Shown here in pieces: positions 9,699 to 19,923 of a stretch of DNA of 64,000 nucleotides; positions within the stretch are counted from its first letter, which is position 1; every line of letters starts with the position of its first letter. The notes beneath the pieces were generated by a model. That model was not told where the DNA came from. It saw only the letters and a program-made list of their open reading frames with translations, and made no database searches. Position numbers and translations under genes: made by a program. Origin of the DNA: an uncultured Acidobacteriota bacterium (GTDB taxonomy: Bacteria > Acidobacteriota > Thermoanaerobaculia > Multivoradales > UBA5704); assembly GCA_963700145.1 (NCBI GenBank), contig OY969474.1, positions 5,056,001-5,120,000 of the forward strand, written 5' to 3'.

Positions 9699-11252
9699 CT
9701 AAACCAGAGGACGGGTCTCGCCGAGCCCGAGGGGGAGCCGGACGGTCACCGCGGTCCCGGAGGCGGGCGCGCTCTCGACGGCGATCGAGCCTCCCAGCCC
9801 CTCGACCAGCCGCTTGCAGATCGAGAGGCCGAGCCCCGAGCCGCCGCCGCGCCCGCCCGGCGCGCCCTCGGCCTGCACGAAGCGCTCGAAGAGCCGTCCC
9901 TTGACCTCCTCGGCGATGCCCGGTCCGCGGTCGCGCACCACGAACTCCACCTCGCCCTCGAGGCTGCGGGCCGCGAGCACGACCTCGTCGCCGGGGGCCG
10001 AGAACTTGATGGCGTTGGAGAGCAGGTTGTAGAGCACCTGGGCCAGCCGGTTGCGGTCGGTGACCAGGCTGCGCGCCGCCATCATCGTCGCCGCGCGCAC
10101 CCGCACGCCGTGCAGGGCGGCGAAGCCCTGGATGCCGAGCACCGCCTCCTCGACCAGCACGGCGAGCGCCACCGGCGAGCGCTGGAAGCGCAGCTCGCCG
10201 GCCTCCAGGCGCTCGAGGTCGAGCAGGTCCTCGATCAGCCGCTGCAGCCGCTCGCCGTTGCGCTCGGCGACTTCGAGGAGCTCGCGCGCCCGCTCCCCGC
10301 CCGCCTGCAGGCCGCCGCCGCGCAGCAGCTCCACCGCCCCGAGGACCGAGGTGAGCGGGGTGCGCAGCTCGTGGCTGACGGTGGCCAGGAACTCCCGCTT
10401 GCGGCGCTCCACCTGCGCCAGCTCCGCCTGCACCTGGCGGCGCTGCAGCGCGGTGCCGAGCATGCGGGCGGTGGCCTGCAGCGCCTCGAGCTCGCTCGGC
10501 CGCCACTCGCGCTCCTCGTCCTCGGCGATGAAGACGAGCGCGCCGCGCGGCGCGCCGTCGATCTCGATCGGCACCACCGCCAGCGACCCGCCCGCCGGCA
10601 GGCGCCGCCGCACCTCCGGCGGCAGACCGCTCGCCGGCCCGTGGTAGATCCCGGCCAGGACCGGGTCGTCCGGCGCCAGCGGCGGCAGCGGCAGGCTGCC
10701 GGCGGCGCGCCGCCACGACCAGGAGATGGCCTCGACCCCCAGGCCGCCCGGTAGCTCCAGCCGCAGCTCGTCGGCCCCCGCGGCGTGGCTCAGCGACGCG
10801 AGGACGGCCGGCACCTCCTGCTCCCAGCCCTCGGTGTCGAGGAAGCGCTCGGCGGCGAAGGCGAGCGCCGCGAGCACCTTCTCGCGCCGCTCGACGGCCT
10901 CGAGCGCCCGCCGCACCTCGGTGATGTCCTCGCAGAGGGTGACGCGCGCCTGCACCCTGCCGTCCTCGTCGAGCACCGCGTCGGAGAGCAGGCGGACGGG
11001 GAACGTCCGCCCGTCCTTGGCGCGGTTGATCCCTTCACGCCGCCAGCAGGTGGGCGAGGCCGGCGGCTCGCCGCCGGCGCCGGCGACGCCGAGGGTCCCG
11101 GCCGGCTGGCCGAGCAGCTCCTCCGGCGCGTAGCCGTGCATGGCCGCCTCGGCGGGGTTCAAGTAGAGGATGCGCCCTGCGGCGTCGGCGATCGTCACCC
11201 CGATCGTCGAGCGCTCGAGCGCCAGGAGCACCAGCTCCAGCTGGCTACGCAC
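9699..11252 (-). CDS. PAS/GAF sensor histidine kinase
   Basis: PAS (YLNPAEA, KDGRTFPV); SHELRTPL, NLLSNAIKF, DRGPGI, GSGLGL; GTG start inferred. Confidence 0.88.
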   Translation of the reverse strand: MRSQLELVLLALERSTIGVTIADAAGRILYLNPAEAAMHGYAPEELLGQPAGTLGVAGAGGEPPASPTCWRREGINRAKDGRTFPVRLLSDAVLDEDGRVQARVTLCEDITEVRRALEAVERREKVLAALAFAAERFLDTEGWEQEVPAVLASLSHAAGADELRLELPGGLGVEAISWSWRRAAGSLPLPPLAPDDPVLAGIYHGPASGLPPEVRRRLPAGGSLAVVPIEIDGAPRGALVFIAEDEEREWRPSELEALQATARMLGTALQRRQVQAELAQVERRKREFLATVSHELRTPLTSVLGAVELLRGGGLQAGGERARELLEVAERNGERLQRLIEDLLDLERLEAGELRFQRSPVALAVLVEEAVLGIQGFAALHGVRVRAATMMAARSLVTDRNRLAQVLYNLLSNAIKFSAPGDEVVLAARSLEGEVEFVVRDRGPGIAEEVKGRLFERFVQAEGAPGGRGGGSGLGLSICKRLVEGLGGSIAVESAPASGTAVTVRLPLGLGETRPLV

Positions 11253-11301
11253 GTTGCTCCGAGAGTACCGCGTTCTTGTACAGTACGCCGACCAGAGCCA
11301 G

Positions 11302-12255
11302 ATGGCGCGCATCCTGGTCGTCGACGACGACCCCGACATCCTCCACCTCGTGGCCCTCGCCTTCGAGGGCGCCGGGCACGACGTGCGCGCCGTCGCCGAC
11401 CCCACCACCGCCGCGCCGCTCGCCCGCTCCGGCGCTTTCGACGCCGTCGTCCTCGACGTGCTGATGCAGCGGCGCTCGGGCTGGGAGGTGCTCGAGGAGC
11501 TGCGGCAGGACCGCGGCACCGAGCGGCTGCCGGTGCTCATGCTGTCGGCGATCGGCGACGCCCAGACCCGCGTCCGCGGCCTGCGGCTCGGCGCCGACGA
11601 CTTCCTCGCCAAGCCGTTCCACCCGGACGAGCTGGTGGCGCGCGTCGAGGGGCTGGTCGCCCGCCACGCCGCCGAGCGGCGCGGCCTGGGCGGGGACTTC
11701 GCCACCCTCACCGTCGGCGACCTGCTGCAGTCGCTGGAGGGCGCGGCGGCCTCGGGCGAGCTGGCGGTCGTGACGCCCGCGGGCGACGGGGAGCTGCGCT
11801 TCACCGGCGGGCGCTGCGTCGGCGCCGCCTTCGGCGGGCTCGAGGGGGTCGAGGCGGTCGTGGCACTCCTCGAAGAGCGCAGCGGCAGCTTCCGGCTCTA
11901 CCCGGACCGGCCGGTCGCCCCGGGCCCCGACGGACCGCTGCCGATGACCGCCATGCTGCTCGAGGCGGGGTGGATCCAGGACGCGCTGCACAGCCGCCTC
12001 GAGAGCCTCCCGCCGGAGGACCGCGCGCTGACCGTGGTGCCGGACCTCGCCGCGCCCGAGATGCAGACCGGCCTGCCGGCGCTGCCGGTCGAGACCGTCC
12101 TCGCCTGCCTCGCCGCCCGCCCCGGCACCTCGCTCGGCGAGCTCCTGGCGACGCGGCTGGCCTCCCCGGCGCGGGTCAAGCTGACCGTCGCCTGGCTGGC
12201 CGGGGAGGGGATCGTACGGGCGGCGGACGGGGAGGACGGCGCTACGGCGCGGTGA
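11302..12255 (+). CDS. Response regulator with DUF4388-like domain
   Basis: ILVVDDD, LDVLM, DDFLAKPF; then G-D-F..LTVGDLLQSL..SGEL segment; divergent from the kinase. Confidence 0.85.
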   Translation: MARILVVDDDPDILHLVALAFEGAGHDVRAVADPTTAAPLARSGAFDAVVLDVLMQRRSGWEVLEELRQDRGTERLPVLMLSAIGDAQTRVRGLRLGADDFLAKPFHPDELVARVEGLVARHAAERRGLGGDFATLTVGDLLQSLEGAAASGELAVVTPAGDGELRFTGGRCVGAAFGGLEGVEAVVALLEERSGSFRLYPDRPVAPGPDGPLPMTAMLLEAGWIQDALHSRLESLPPEDRALTVVPDLAAPEMQTGLPALPVETVLACLAARPGTSLGELLATRLASPARVKLTVAWLAGEGIVRAADGEDGATAR

Positions 12256-13327
12256 GCGAGCCCGAGGCCGCCACCCGCGCTGCCTGGCGGCCGAGGGCGC
12301 GGATCGCCGGCAGCAGCTCGGCGAAGCGCGGGTCGCGGGTCAGACCCTGGCGCCAGCGGTAGTAGATCTGCTGCGCGATGACCGCGATCTTGAAGAGGCC
12401 GAAGGCGTAGTAGAAGGGGAGGCGCGCGAGGTCGCGCCCGCTCGCCGCGGCGTAGAGGTCGGCCAGCTCGGCGCGCGAGGGCGTCCCCGGCAGCGCCGTC
12501 GGCCCGAAGGCCAGCCGCCGCAGCGCCTCGGGATCGCCCGCCTCCACCCAGTAGCCGAGCGTCGTCCCCAGGTCCATCAGCGGGTCGCCGATCGTCGCCA
12601 TCTCCCAGTCGAGGACGGCGCGGATGCGGGTGGGGTCGGCGGGGTCGAGCACCAAGTTGTCGTGCTTGTAGTCGTTGTGCACCAGGGCGGCCCCAGCGTC
12701 GGGCGGGACGTTCGCCTGCAGCCAGGCGGCCGCCTCGTCCATCTCCGGCAGCTCGTCGGTCTGCGAGCCGCGGTAGCGTTCCGCCCAGCCGCGCGCCTGC
12801 CGGGCGGCGTAGCCCTCGGGACGGCCCAGCTCGCCGAGCCCGGCGGCCCGCCAGTCGAGGGCGTGGAGGCGCGCGAGGTTCCCGATCAGCGCCTCGGCCA
12901 GGCCGCGCGCCGCCGGCGGCGGCAGCGCGACCCCGGCCGGCAGGCGGCGGCGCAGGACGACGCCCGGGACGCGCTCCATGAGATAGAACGGGAAGCCGAG
13001 GACCGCGGGGTCGGCGCAGGCGGCGAGCGGCCGCGGCGCCAGCTCGTAGACCGGCGCCAGGCGCGAGAGGATCAGGTGCTCGCGCCCCATGTCGTGCGCC
13101 GTCTTGACCTTGCTGCCGACCGGCGGGCGGCGGAGCACCAGCTCGCGCCCGCCGCAGCGGACGAGGTAGGTCAGGTTCGAGTAGCCGCTCGGGAACTGCC
13201 GCACCTCGAGCCCGCCGGCGAGGCCCAGCGCTTCGCGCAGGAAGGCGGCGAGGCGCGCCGCGTCCAGCTCCTCGCCGGGGCGCACCGGGCCCGGCGCGTC
13301 GGCGGTATCGGCCGGCGGCCCGCTCAT
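12242..13327 (-). CDS. Phosphotransferase (APH-like, acyl-CoA dehydrogenase-associated)
   Basis: GYSNLTY, VLRRPP, HNDYKHDN, LDWEMATIGDP motifs; ATGA overlap. Confidence 0.9.
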   Translation of the reverse strand: MSGPPADTADAPGPVRPGEELDAARLAAFLREALGLAGGLEVRQFPSGYSNLTYLVRCGGRELVLRRPPVGSKVKTAHDMGREHLILSRLAPVYELAPRPLAACADPAVLGFPFYLMERVPGVVLRRRLPAGVALPPPAARGLAEALIGNLARLHALDWRAAGLGELGRPEGYAARQARGWAERYRGSQTDELPEMDEAAAWLQANVPPDAGAALVHNDYKHDNLVLDPADPTRIRAVLDWEMATIGDPLMDLGTTLGYWVEAGDPEALRRLAFGPTALPGTPSRAELADLYAAASGRDLARLPFYYAFGLFKIAVIAQQIYYRWRQGLTRDPRFAELLPAIRALGRQAARVAASGSLTAP

Positions 13328-14538
13328 CGCGGCGGGTCGAAGCCGTGGCGCGCCAGCTCGGCGCGCGCCACGACCCCCTGGTGCACCTCGTCGGGGCCGT
13401 CGTAGATGCGGGCGGCCCGCTCGGAGCGCCAGAACCAGGCGAGCGGGGTGTCGTCGGTCAACCCGAGCGCGCCGTGCGCCTGGATCGCGCGGTCGAGCAC
13501 CCGTCCCAGGACGCGCGCCACGTAGAACTTGATCAGCGACACCTCGCCGCGGGCGGCGCGGGCGCCGGCGGTGTCGATCGCCCAGGCGGCGCGCAGCACG
13601 AGGAGGGTGGCGGCGTCGATCTCGGCGCGGCTGTCGGCGATCCAGGCCTGGACGAGCTGCTTGCCGGCGAGCGGCTCGCCGGGCGCCAGCTCGCGCGTCG
13701 CGGCGCGCCGGCAGAGCATCTCCAGCGCCCGCTCGCAGATCCCCAGCCAGCGCATGCAGTGGTGGATGCGCCCGGGTCCCAGCCGCGCCTGGGCGAGGGC
13801 GAAGCCGCGGCCGACGCCCGCCGCGCCGCCGAGGACGGCGGCCGCCGGCACGCGGCAGCCCGCCAGCTCCACCTCGCCGTGGCTCGGCCACCCCTCGCCG
13901 GCGTGCCCCATGACCGGGACGTTGCGCAGCAGGCGGAAGCCCGGAGTGTCGGTGGGCACCAGGAAGAGGGTGGCGCGGCCGTGCGGCGGCGCCTCGGGGT
14001 CGGTCACCGCCACGACGACGGCCAGGGCCGCGCCGTCGGCCGAGGAGGCGAACCACTTGCGGCCGTCGAGCACCCAGCCGTCGCCGTCGCGGCGGGCGGT
14101 CGTCCCGAGCCAGGCCGGGTTGGAGCCCGGCCGCTCCGGCTCGGTCATGGCGAAGCAGCTCCGCACCGCGCCGCGCGCCAGCGGCCCGAGCCAGCGCTCG
14201 CGCTGCTCCTCGCTGCCGTGCTCGAGGAGCAGCTCCATGTTGCCGGCGTCGGGAGCCTGGCAGTTGCAGGCGAAATGGCCGAGCGGGCTCCGCCCCAGCT
14301 CGCGCCCGACGAGGGCGAAGTCGCGCAGCGGCAGGCCCATGCCGCCCCAGGCGCCGGGGAGCTGCGGCGCCCAGAACCCGAGCGCCCGCGCCCGCTCGCG
14401 CGCCGCTTCCAGGGGCGGCAGGACGGCGCGCCAGCCCGCGCCCAGGAAGGTGGGCTCGAGGGGGACGATCTCCTCCTCCACGAAGGCGCGCACGCGGTCA
14501 CAGAGGGCGCGGGTGGCGTCGGGGACCGAGAAATCCAT
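13324..14538 (-). CDS. Acyl-CoA dehydrogenase
   Basis: NCQAPDAGNME, FAMTEP, GRKWFAS, RLGPGRIHHCMR, RIYDGPDEVH motifs. Confidence 0.93.
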   Translation of the reverse strand: MDFSVPDATRALCDRVRAFVEEEIVPLEPTFLGAGWRAVLPPLEAARERARALGFWAPQLPGAWGGMGLPLRDFALVGRELGRSPLGHFACNCQAPDAGNMELLLEHGSEEQRERWLGPLARGAVRSCFAMTEPERPGSNPAWLGTTARRDGDGWVLDGRKWFASSADGAALAVVVAVTDPEAPPHGRATLFLVPTDTPGFRLLRNVPVMGHAGEGWPSHGEVELAGCRVPAAAVLGGAAGVGRGFALAQARLGPGRIHHCMRWLGICERALEMLCRRAATRELAPGEPLAGKQLVQAWIADSRAEIDAATLLVLRAAWAIDTAGARAARGEVSLIKFYVARVLGRVLDRAIQAHGALGLTDDTPLAWFWRSERAARIYDGPDEVHQGVVARAELARHGFDPPR

Positions 14539-14568
14539 AAGGGGAGGCAGGAAGGGTAGCATTGGGGG

Positions 14569-16473
14569 ATGGTGACCGAGGCCCCGAGGACCTCCGAGGA
14601 GCGCTTCCGCCTGCTGGTCGAGGGGGTGGTGGACTACGCCATCTTCATGCTCGACCCCGAGGGGCGGGTGACGACCTGGAACGCCGGCGCGCAGCGCATC
14701 AAGGGCTACACCGCCGAGGAGATCCTGGGACACCACTTCTCGCGTTTCTACCCGCCGGACGCGATCGCCACCGGCTGGCCGGACCACGAGCTGGAGGTCG
14801 CCCGCACCGTCGGCCGCTTCGAGGATGAAGGGTGGCGGCTGCGCAAGGACGGCACCCGCTTCTGGGCCAACGTCGTCATCACCGCTCTGCGCGACGAGAC
14901 CGGCACCCTCCTCGGCTTCTCCAAGATCACCCGCGACCTGACCGATCGGCGCATGCAGGAGGAGATCCTGCGCCAGAGCGAAGAGCGCTTCCGCCTGCTC
15001 GTCGAGGGGGTCCAGGACTACGCCATCTTCCTCCTCGACGACGACGGGCGGGTGGCGAGCTGGAACGCCGGCGCCGAGCGCATCAAGGGGTACGCGGCCG
15101 AGGAGATCATGGGCGAGCACTTCTCCCGCTTCTATCCGCAGCAGAAGATCGCGGCGGGGTGGCCGGAGCACGAGCTCGAGGTCGCCCGCGCCGAGGGCCG
15201 GTTCGAGGACGAGGGGTGGCGGCTGCGCAAGGACGGCACCCGCTTCTGGGCCAACGTCGTCATCACCGCCCTCCACGACCGCGAGGGGCGGCCGCGCGGC
15301 TTCGCCAAGCTGACGCGGGACCTGAGCGAGCGCAAGCGGGTCGAGGAGCTGGAGAGCGGCGAGCGGCAGATGACCGAGTTCCTGGCCATGCTGGCCCACG
15401 AGCTGCGCAACCCGCTGGCGCCGATCCGCAACGCCGTCCTCGCCCTGCAGGCCGGCTCGGCCGCGGGCCCGAGCCCGGAGTGGGCGACGCAGGTGATCGA
15501 CCGCCAGGTGACGCACCTGACGCGCCTGGTCGACGACCTGCTCGACATCAGCCGCATCACCAGCGGCAAGATCGAGCTTCAGCTCGAGCCCGTCGAGGTC
15601 GCCGACATCGTGGCCCGCGCCGTCGAGTCCAGCCGGCAGCTCATCGAGGACCGCGGCCACAGCCTCGAGGTCGCGCTGCCGGAGCAGCCGTTGTGGGTCC
15701 AGGGAGACGCCGTCCGGCTCTCCCAGGTCTTCCTCAACCTCCTCAACAACGCGGCGAAGTACACCCCGGAGGGGGGCCGCATCGAGATCGGCGCGGAGCG
15801 CGACCGCGGCCAGGTGGCGATCCGCGTGCGCGACTCCGGCGACGGCATCGCGAGGGACCTGCTGCCGCGGGTCTTCGACCTCTTCACGCAGGGGGAGCGG
15901 GCGCTCGACCGCGCGGAGGCCGGGCTGGGCGTCGGCCTGACCCTGGTGGAACGGCTGGTGCGGTGCCACGGCGGCTCGGTGGCGGCGGCGAGCGAAGGGC
16001 CCGGCCGCGGCAGCGAGTTCGTCGTCCGCCTGCCGCTGCTCGAGCGGGCGCCGGCGCGCCCGGCGGTCCCAGCGCCGGAAGCGCAGGCCCAGCCGGCCGG
16101 CGGGCGGCGGGTCCTGGTCGTGGACGACAACCGCGACTCGGCGGAGACGATGGCGGTCCTGCTGCGCCTGTGGGGGCACGAGGCGCGGAGCGCCGAGCAC
16201 GGCGCGGCGGCGCTGGCGGTGGCCCAGGAGTTCCGGCCGGAGGCCGTGCTGCTGGACATCGGGCTGCCGCAGATGGACGGCTACGAGGTGGCGCGGCGCC
16301 TGCGCGCGCTCCCGGGCCTCGACGGCGTGCTGCTGATCGCGATGACCGGCTACGGCCAAGACCAGGACCGCCGCCGCGCCCGCCGGGCGGGCTTCGACCA
16401 CCACTTGGTCAAGCCGGTCGACCCCGAGGATCTGCGGCGGCTGCTGGCTCTCGCCCCGACGCTCTCTGGTTAA
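14569..16473 (+). CDS. Hybrid PAS-PAS histidine kinase / receiver
   Basis: Two near-identical PAS-PAC units (RLRKDGTRFWANV); AHELRNPL; NAAKYT; REC domain LLDIGLP..KP. Confidence 0.93.
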   Translation: MVTEAPRTSEERFRLLVEGVVDYAIFMLDPEGRVTTWNAGAQRIKGYTAEEILGHHFSRFYPPDAIATGWPDHELEVARTVGRFEDEGWRLRKDGTRFWANVVITALRDETGTLLGFSKITRDLTDRRMQEEILRQSEERFRLLVEGVQDYAIFLLDDDGRVASWNAGAERIKGYAAEEIMGEHFSRFYPQQKIAAGWPEHELEVARAEGRFEDEGWRLRKDGTRFWANVVITALHDREGRPRGFAKLTRDLSERKRVEELESGERQMTEFLAMLAHELRNPLAPIRNAVLALQAGSAAGPSPEWATQVIDRQVTHLTRLVDDLLDISRITSGKIELQLEPVEVADIVARAVESSRQLIEDRGHSLEVALPEQPLWVQGDAVRLSQVFLNLLNNAAKYTPEGGRIEIGAERDRGQVAIRVRDSGDGIARDLLPRVFDLFTQGERALDRAEAGLGVGLTLVERLVRCHGGSVAAASEGPGRGSEFVVRLPLLERAPARPAVPAPEAQAQPAGGRRVLVVDDNRDSAETMAVLLRLWGHEARSAEHGAAALAVAQEFRPEAVLLDIGLPQMDGYEVARRLRALPGLDGVLLIAMTGYGQDQDRRRARRAGFDHHLVKPVDPEDLRRLLALAPTLSG

Positions 16474-19400
16474 CCCGGCGGCGGCGCCGCCGCCGCGGGC
16501 TTGGCCTCACCCTCCAGCGGCGGTAGAGGAACGGCGGGGACCTCCCGCTCGCGTACCAGCTTGTTGAGCGCCGGCAGGTCGACGGTCCAGACCTGCTGCA
16601 GGCGCGCCAGCTCCTTGTCGATCGCCGCGACCAGCCCGTCGCGCACCGCCACCGCCTGGGCGGTCGGCGCGTTGTCGCCGGCGGCCACGGTGTCGCCGAG
16701 CGCGGCGAGCTTGTCGTTGAGGCGGATCGGGAAGTTGAGCGGATCCTGCGGGCTGCGGTTCTTGGTCTGGTAGAGCGCTTCCTCGACCGACTTCATCGTC
16801 TCGCGGATCGCCTCGACGGCCTTGGTCACCGCCTCGTCCTCCGGCTGGTCGTCGCCGAGCTGCTCCTCCAGCTCGTCGAGCTCGGCGCGCACGGCGCGGA
16901 TGCGGCCGATCTCGCGGTGGACCTGCGAGAGCTTGTCGCGGATGCCGAGGAGGAAGGCGAGCTGCGCCTCCAGGTCGGCCTGGGTGGCCGCGCCGCGCGG
17001 GTCGGCCTTCACCTCGAACGGGACGGTCACCACTTCCTTGCCGGCGGTCAGGCGCGCCTGGTAGCTGCCGGGCACGGCGCGCGGGCCGTAGATGCCGCCC
17101 CCCCAGAGGATCATCCCCTCGAAGTCCGCCGCGTCCGGGTAGCGCCCGTCCCAGACGAAGCGGTTCATGCCGGGGCTCGCCACCAGCTCGCCGACCGTCT
17201 TGTCCTTCTTCTTCTCCTTCTCTTTATTCTTCTCCGCCTCCGCAGCCTTCTCGGCCTCTTCCGGCTTCTTCTCCTCGCCCACCTCGGCCGGGGTGGTGGC
17301 GCCGGTCGCCTGCGGCGTCTGCTTCGCGCCGGGCGCGGCCGCTTCCGGCCCCTGGCTGGCCTCGGCCGGCGCGATGCCCTCGCCGGCCGGCGCCGCGGCG
17401 GGCTCCTCCCCCTTCTCCCAGGGCTTCTGTTTCCGCGCCACCACCTTCCCCTCGAAGGCGCGCACCAGCCGCCCCTGGCCGTCGAGGAACTCCAGCTTCA
17501 CTTCCGTGTCCACGGGCTGGTCGAGCCAGTAGTGGAGGAGGACACCGTTCGGCGGGTTCGTCCCCTGGTTGGGTCCGGGAGGAGGTTCCCCCTCCGCCCC
17601 GCGCATGCGCAGGCTGGGGCGCGGCGGATAGACGTGCACCGTCTTCTTCGGCGCCTCGCCCGCCAGCTGGTGCAGCGGCGTCAGGTCGTCGAGGATCCAG
17701 AAGCCGCGCCCCTGGGTGGCGGCGGCGAGGTCGCCGTCCTTCCACGCCAGGTCGGTGATCGGCACGATCGGCAGGTTGAGCTGCAGCGGCTGCCAGGCGC
17801 CGCCGTCGTCGAAGGAGACGTAGACCCCGCGCTCGGTGCCCGAGTAGAGGAGGCCGCGCCGCACCGGGTCGGCGCGCACGACGCGCGTGAAGTGGTCGGC
17901 CGGGATGCCGCGGTCGATGCGTGTCCAGCTCTTGCCGTAGTCGGCGGTCTTCCAGAGGTAGGGGCGGAAGTCGTCCGACTTGTACATCGTCGCCGCGACG
18001 TAGAGCCCGCCCTTCTCGTGCGGGCTCGCTTCGACGCTGTTGACCTGGATCCACTCCGGCATCCCCTTGGGGGTCACGGTCTGCCAGCTCGCGCCGCCGT
18101 CGCGCGAGAGGTGGACGAGGCCGTCGTCCGAGCCCGCCCAGAGGACGCCGGGCTCGAGCGGCGACTCGGCGGCGGCGAAGATCGTGCCGTAGTACTCGAC
18201 GCTGGTGTTGTCCTTGGTGATCGGCCCGCCCGAGGGGCCCATCTTGCTCTTGTCGTTGCGCGTCAGGTCGGGGCTGATGGCCTGCCAGCTCGCCCCCTCG
18301 TCGGTCGTCTTGAAGAGGACGTTGGCCGCGGCGTAGAGGGTGTCCGGGTCGTGCGGCGAGAAGAAGATCGGGTAGTTCCACTGGAAGCGGTACTTGAGGT
18401 CGGCGGCGCCGCCGCCCATCGGGTTGTCGGGCCAGGGGTCGACCGAGCGGAACGACGACGTCTCGTGGTCGTAGCGCTCGAGGTAGCCGCCGTAGGAGCC
18501 GCCGTAGACGACGTCGGGGTTCTCGAGGTCGGCGGCGATCCAGCCGCTCTCGCCGCCGGCCGTGGGCTCCCAGTCGCGCGGCCCGACGCCGCGGAAGGTG
18601 CCGCGGCTCCTGATGCGCACCGCCGAGTTGTCCTGCTGGCCGCCGAGCAGGCGGTAGGGGAAGTCGTTGTCGGTCGAGACGCGGTAGAACTGCGCCGTCG
18701 GCTGGTTGTCCTGCGGCGTCCAGGTCTCGCCGCCGTCGGTCGAGACGTTGGCGCCGCCGTCGTTGGACTCGATCATCCGCCGCGGGTCGCCGGGGTCGAT
18801 CCAGAGGTCGTGGTTGTCGCCGTGCGGGGTGCGGATGGTGGTGAAGGTCTTGCCGCCGTCCTTCGACTTGTGGAACTGGACGTTGACGACGTAGACCGTG
18901 TCGGCGTCCTTGGGGTCGGCGTAGATGCGGGTGTAGTACCAGGCGCGCTGCCGCAGGTCGCGCGACTCGTTGGTCTTGGTCCAGGTCTCGCCGCCGTCGC
19001 GCGAGCGGAAGACGCCCCCCTCGTCGGCCTCGACGATGGCGTAGACGTTCTGCGGGTCGGCGGCGGAGACGCTGACGCCGATGATGCCGAGCGTCCCCTT
19101 CGGCAGGCCGGGCTTGCGCGACAGCTCGCGCCAGGTGTCGCCGCCGTCGGTGGACTTCCAGAGCCCGGAGCCGGGGCCGCCGCTCTCGAGCGTCCAGGGG
19201 CGGCGGCGCACCCGCCAGGTCGAGGCGTAGAGGACGCGCGGGTTGACGGGGTCGAGGGCGAGGTCGACGGCGCCGGCGTCGGCGTTGACGAAGAGGACGC
19301 GCTCCCAGCTCTTGCCGCCGTTCCGGCTGCGGTAGACGCCGCGCATGTCGCTGGGGCCGAAGAGGTGGCCCAGGACGGCGGCGTAGACCAGGTCGGGGTC

Positions 19401-19874
19401 GCGCGGGTGGATGCGGAGGCGCGGCACGTGGCGCGAGTCGCCGAGCCCGACGTGGCGCCAGCTCTTGCCCGCGTCGGTCGACTTCCACACCCCGTCGCCG
19501 TGGGAGACGTTGCCGCGCACGGTCTTCTCGCCGCCGCCGACGTAGACGACGTTGGGGTCCCACTCCGACACCGCGACGGCGCCGATCGAGCCGCCGAAGT
19601 AGCCGTCCGAGACGTTCTTCCAGCTCCGCCCGCCGTCGGTCGTCTTCCACACCCCGCCGCCGGTCGAGCCGAAGTAGTAGGTCTCGCGCTGCTGCGGGAT
19701 CCCGGTCACCGCCGCGCACCGCCCGCCGCGGTACGGCCCCACCTCGCGCCAGCGCAGGGACTCGAAGAGGCGCGGGTCGGCGGGGGGCTTGGGGGCGGGG
19801 GCGGCGGCCGCCGGGACGGCAAAGGTGACGGCGGCGAGCAGAGGGAGCAGGGCGCGGCGGACGAGCGTCGGCAT
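16470..19874 (-). CDS. VPS10/BNR-repeat secreted glycosyl hydrolase-like protein
   Basis: Signal peptide; many S/T-x-D-G-G-x-[ST]-W Asp boxes; WREVGPYRGGR N-terminus. Confidence 0.9.
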   Translation of the reverse strand: MPTLVRRALLPLLAAVTFAVPAAAAPAPKPPADPRLFESLRWREVGPYRGGRCAAVTGIPQQRETYYFGSTGGGVWKTTDGGRSWKNVSDGYFGGSIGAVAVSEWDPNVVYVGGGEKTVRGNVSHGDGVWKSTDAGKSWRHVGLGDSRHVPRLRIHPRDPDLVYAAVLGHLFGPSDMRGVYRSRNGGKSWERVLFVNADAGAVDLALDPVNPRVLYASTWRVRRRPWTLESGGPGSGLWKSTDGGDTWRELSRKPGLPKGTLGIIGVSVSAADPQNVYAIVEADEGGVFRSRDGGETWTKTNESRDLRQRAWYYTRIYADPKDADTVYVVNVQFHKSKDGGKTFTTIRTPHGDNHDLWIDPGDPRRMIESNDGGANVSTDGGETWTPQDNQPTAQFYRVSTDNDFPYRLLGGQQDNSAVRIRSRGTFRGVGPRDWEPTAGGESGWIAADLENPDVVYGGSYGGYLERYDHETSSFRSVDPWPDNPMGGGAADLKYRFQWNYPIFFSPHDPDTLYAAANVLFKTTDEGASWQAISPDLTRNDKSKMGPSGGPITKDNTSVEYYGTIFAAAESPLEPGVLWAGSDDGLVHLSRDGGASWQTVTPKGMPEWIQVNSVEASPHEKGGLYVAATMYKSDDFRPYLWKTADYGKSWTRIDRGIPADHFTRVVRADPVRRGLLYSGTERGVYVSFDDGGAWQPLQLNLPIVPITDLAWKDGDLAAATQGRGFWILDDLTPLHQLAGEAPKKTVHVYPPRPSLRMRGAEGEPPPGPNQGTNPPNGVLLHYWLDQPVDTEVKLEFLDGQGRLVRAFEGKVVARKQKPWEKGEEPAAAPAGEGIAPAEASQGPEAAAPGAKQTPQATGATTPAEVGEEKKPEEAEKAAEAEKNKEKEKKKDKTVGELVASPGMNRFVWDGRYPDAADFEGMILWGGGIYGPRAVPGSYQARLTAGKEVVTVPFEVKADPRGAATQADLEAQLAFLLGIRDKLSQVHREIGRIRAVRAELDELEEQLGDDQPEDEAVTKAVEAIRETMKSVEEALYQTKNRSPQDPLNFPIRLNDKLAALGDTVAAGDNAPTAQAVAVRDGLVAAIDKELARLQQVWTVDLPALNKLVREREVPAVPLPPLEGEAKPAAAAPPPG

Positions 19875-19923
19875 GAGTCCTCCAGTTCGGATGCGGGTTC
19901 TAGCACAGCCGGCGCGAGCGGGC

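Noticed and set aside
14590-15340. Direct repeat of about 380 bp within the hybrid kinase
   Set aside because: Ordinary tandem PAS-PAC duplication.
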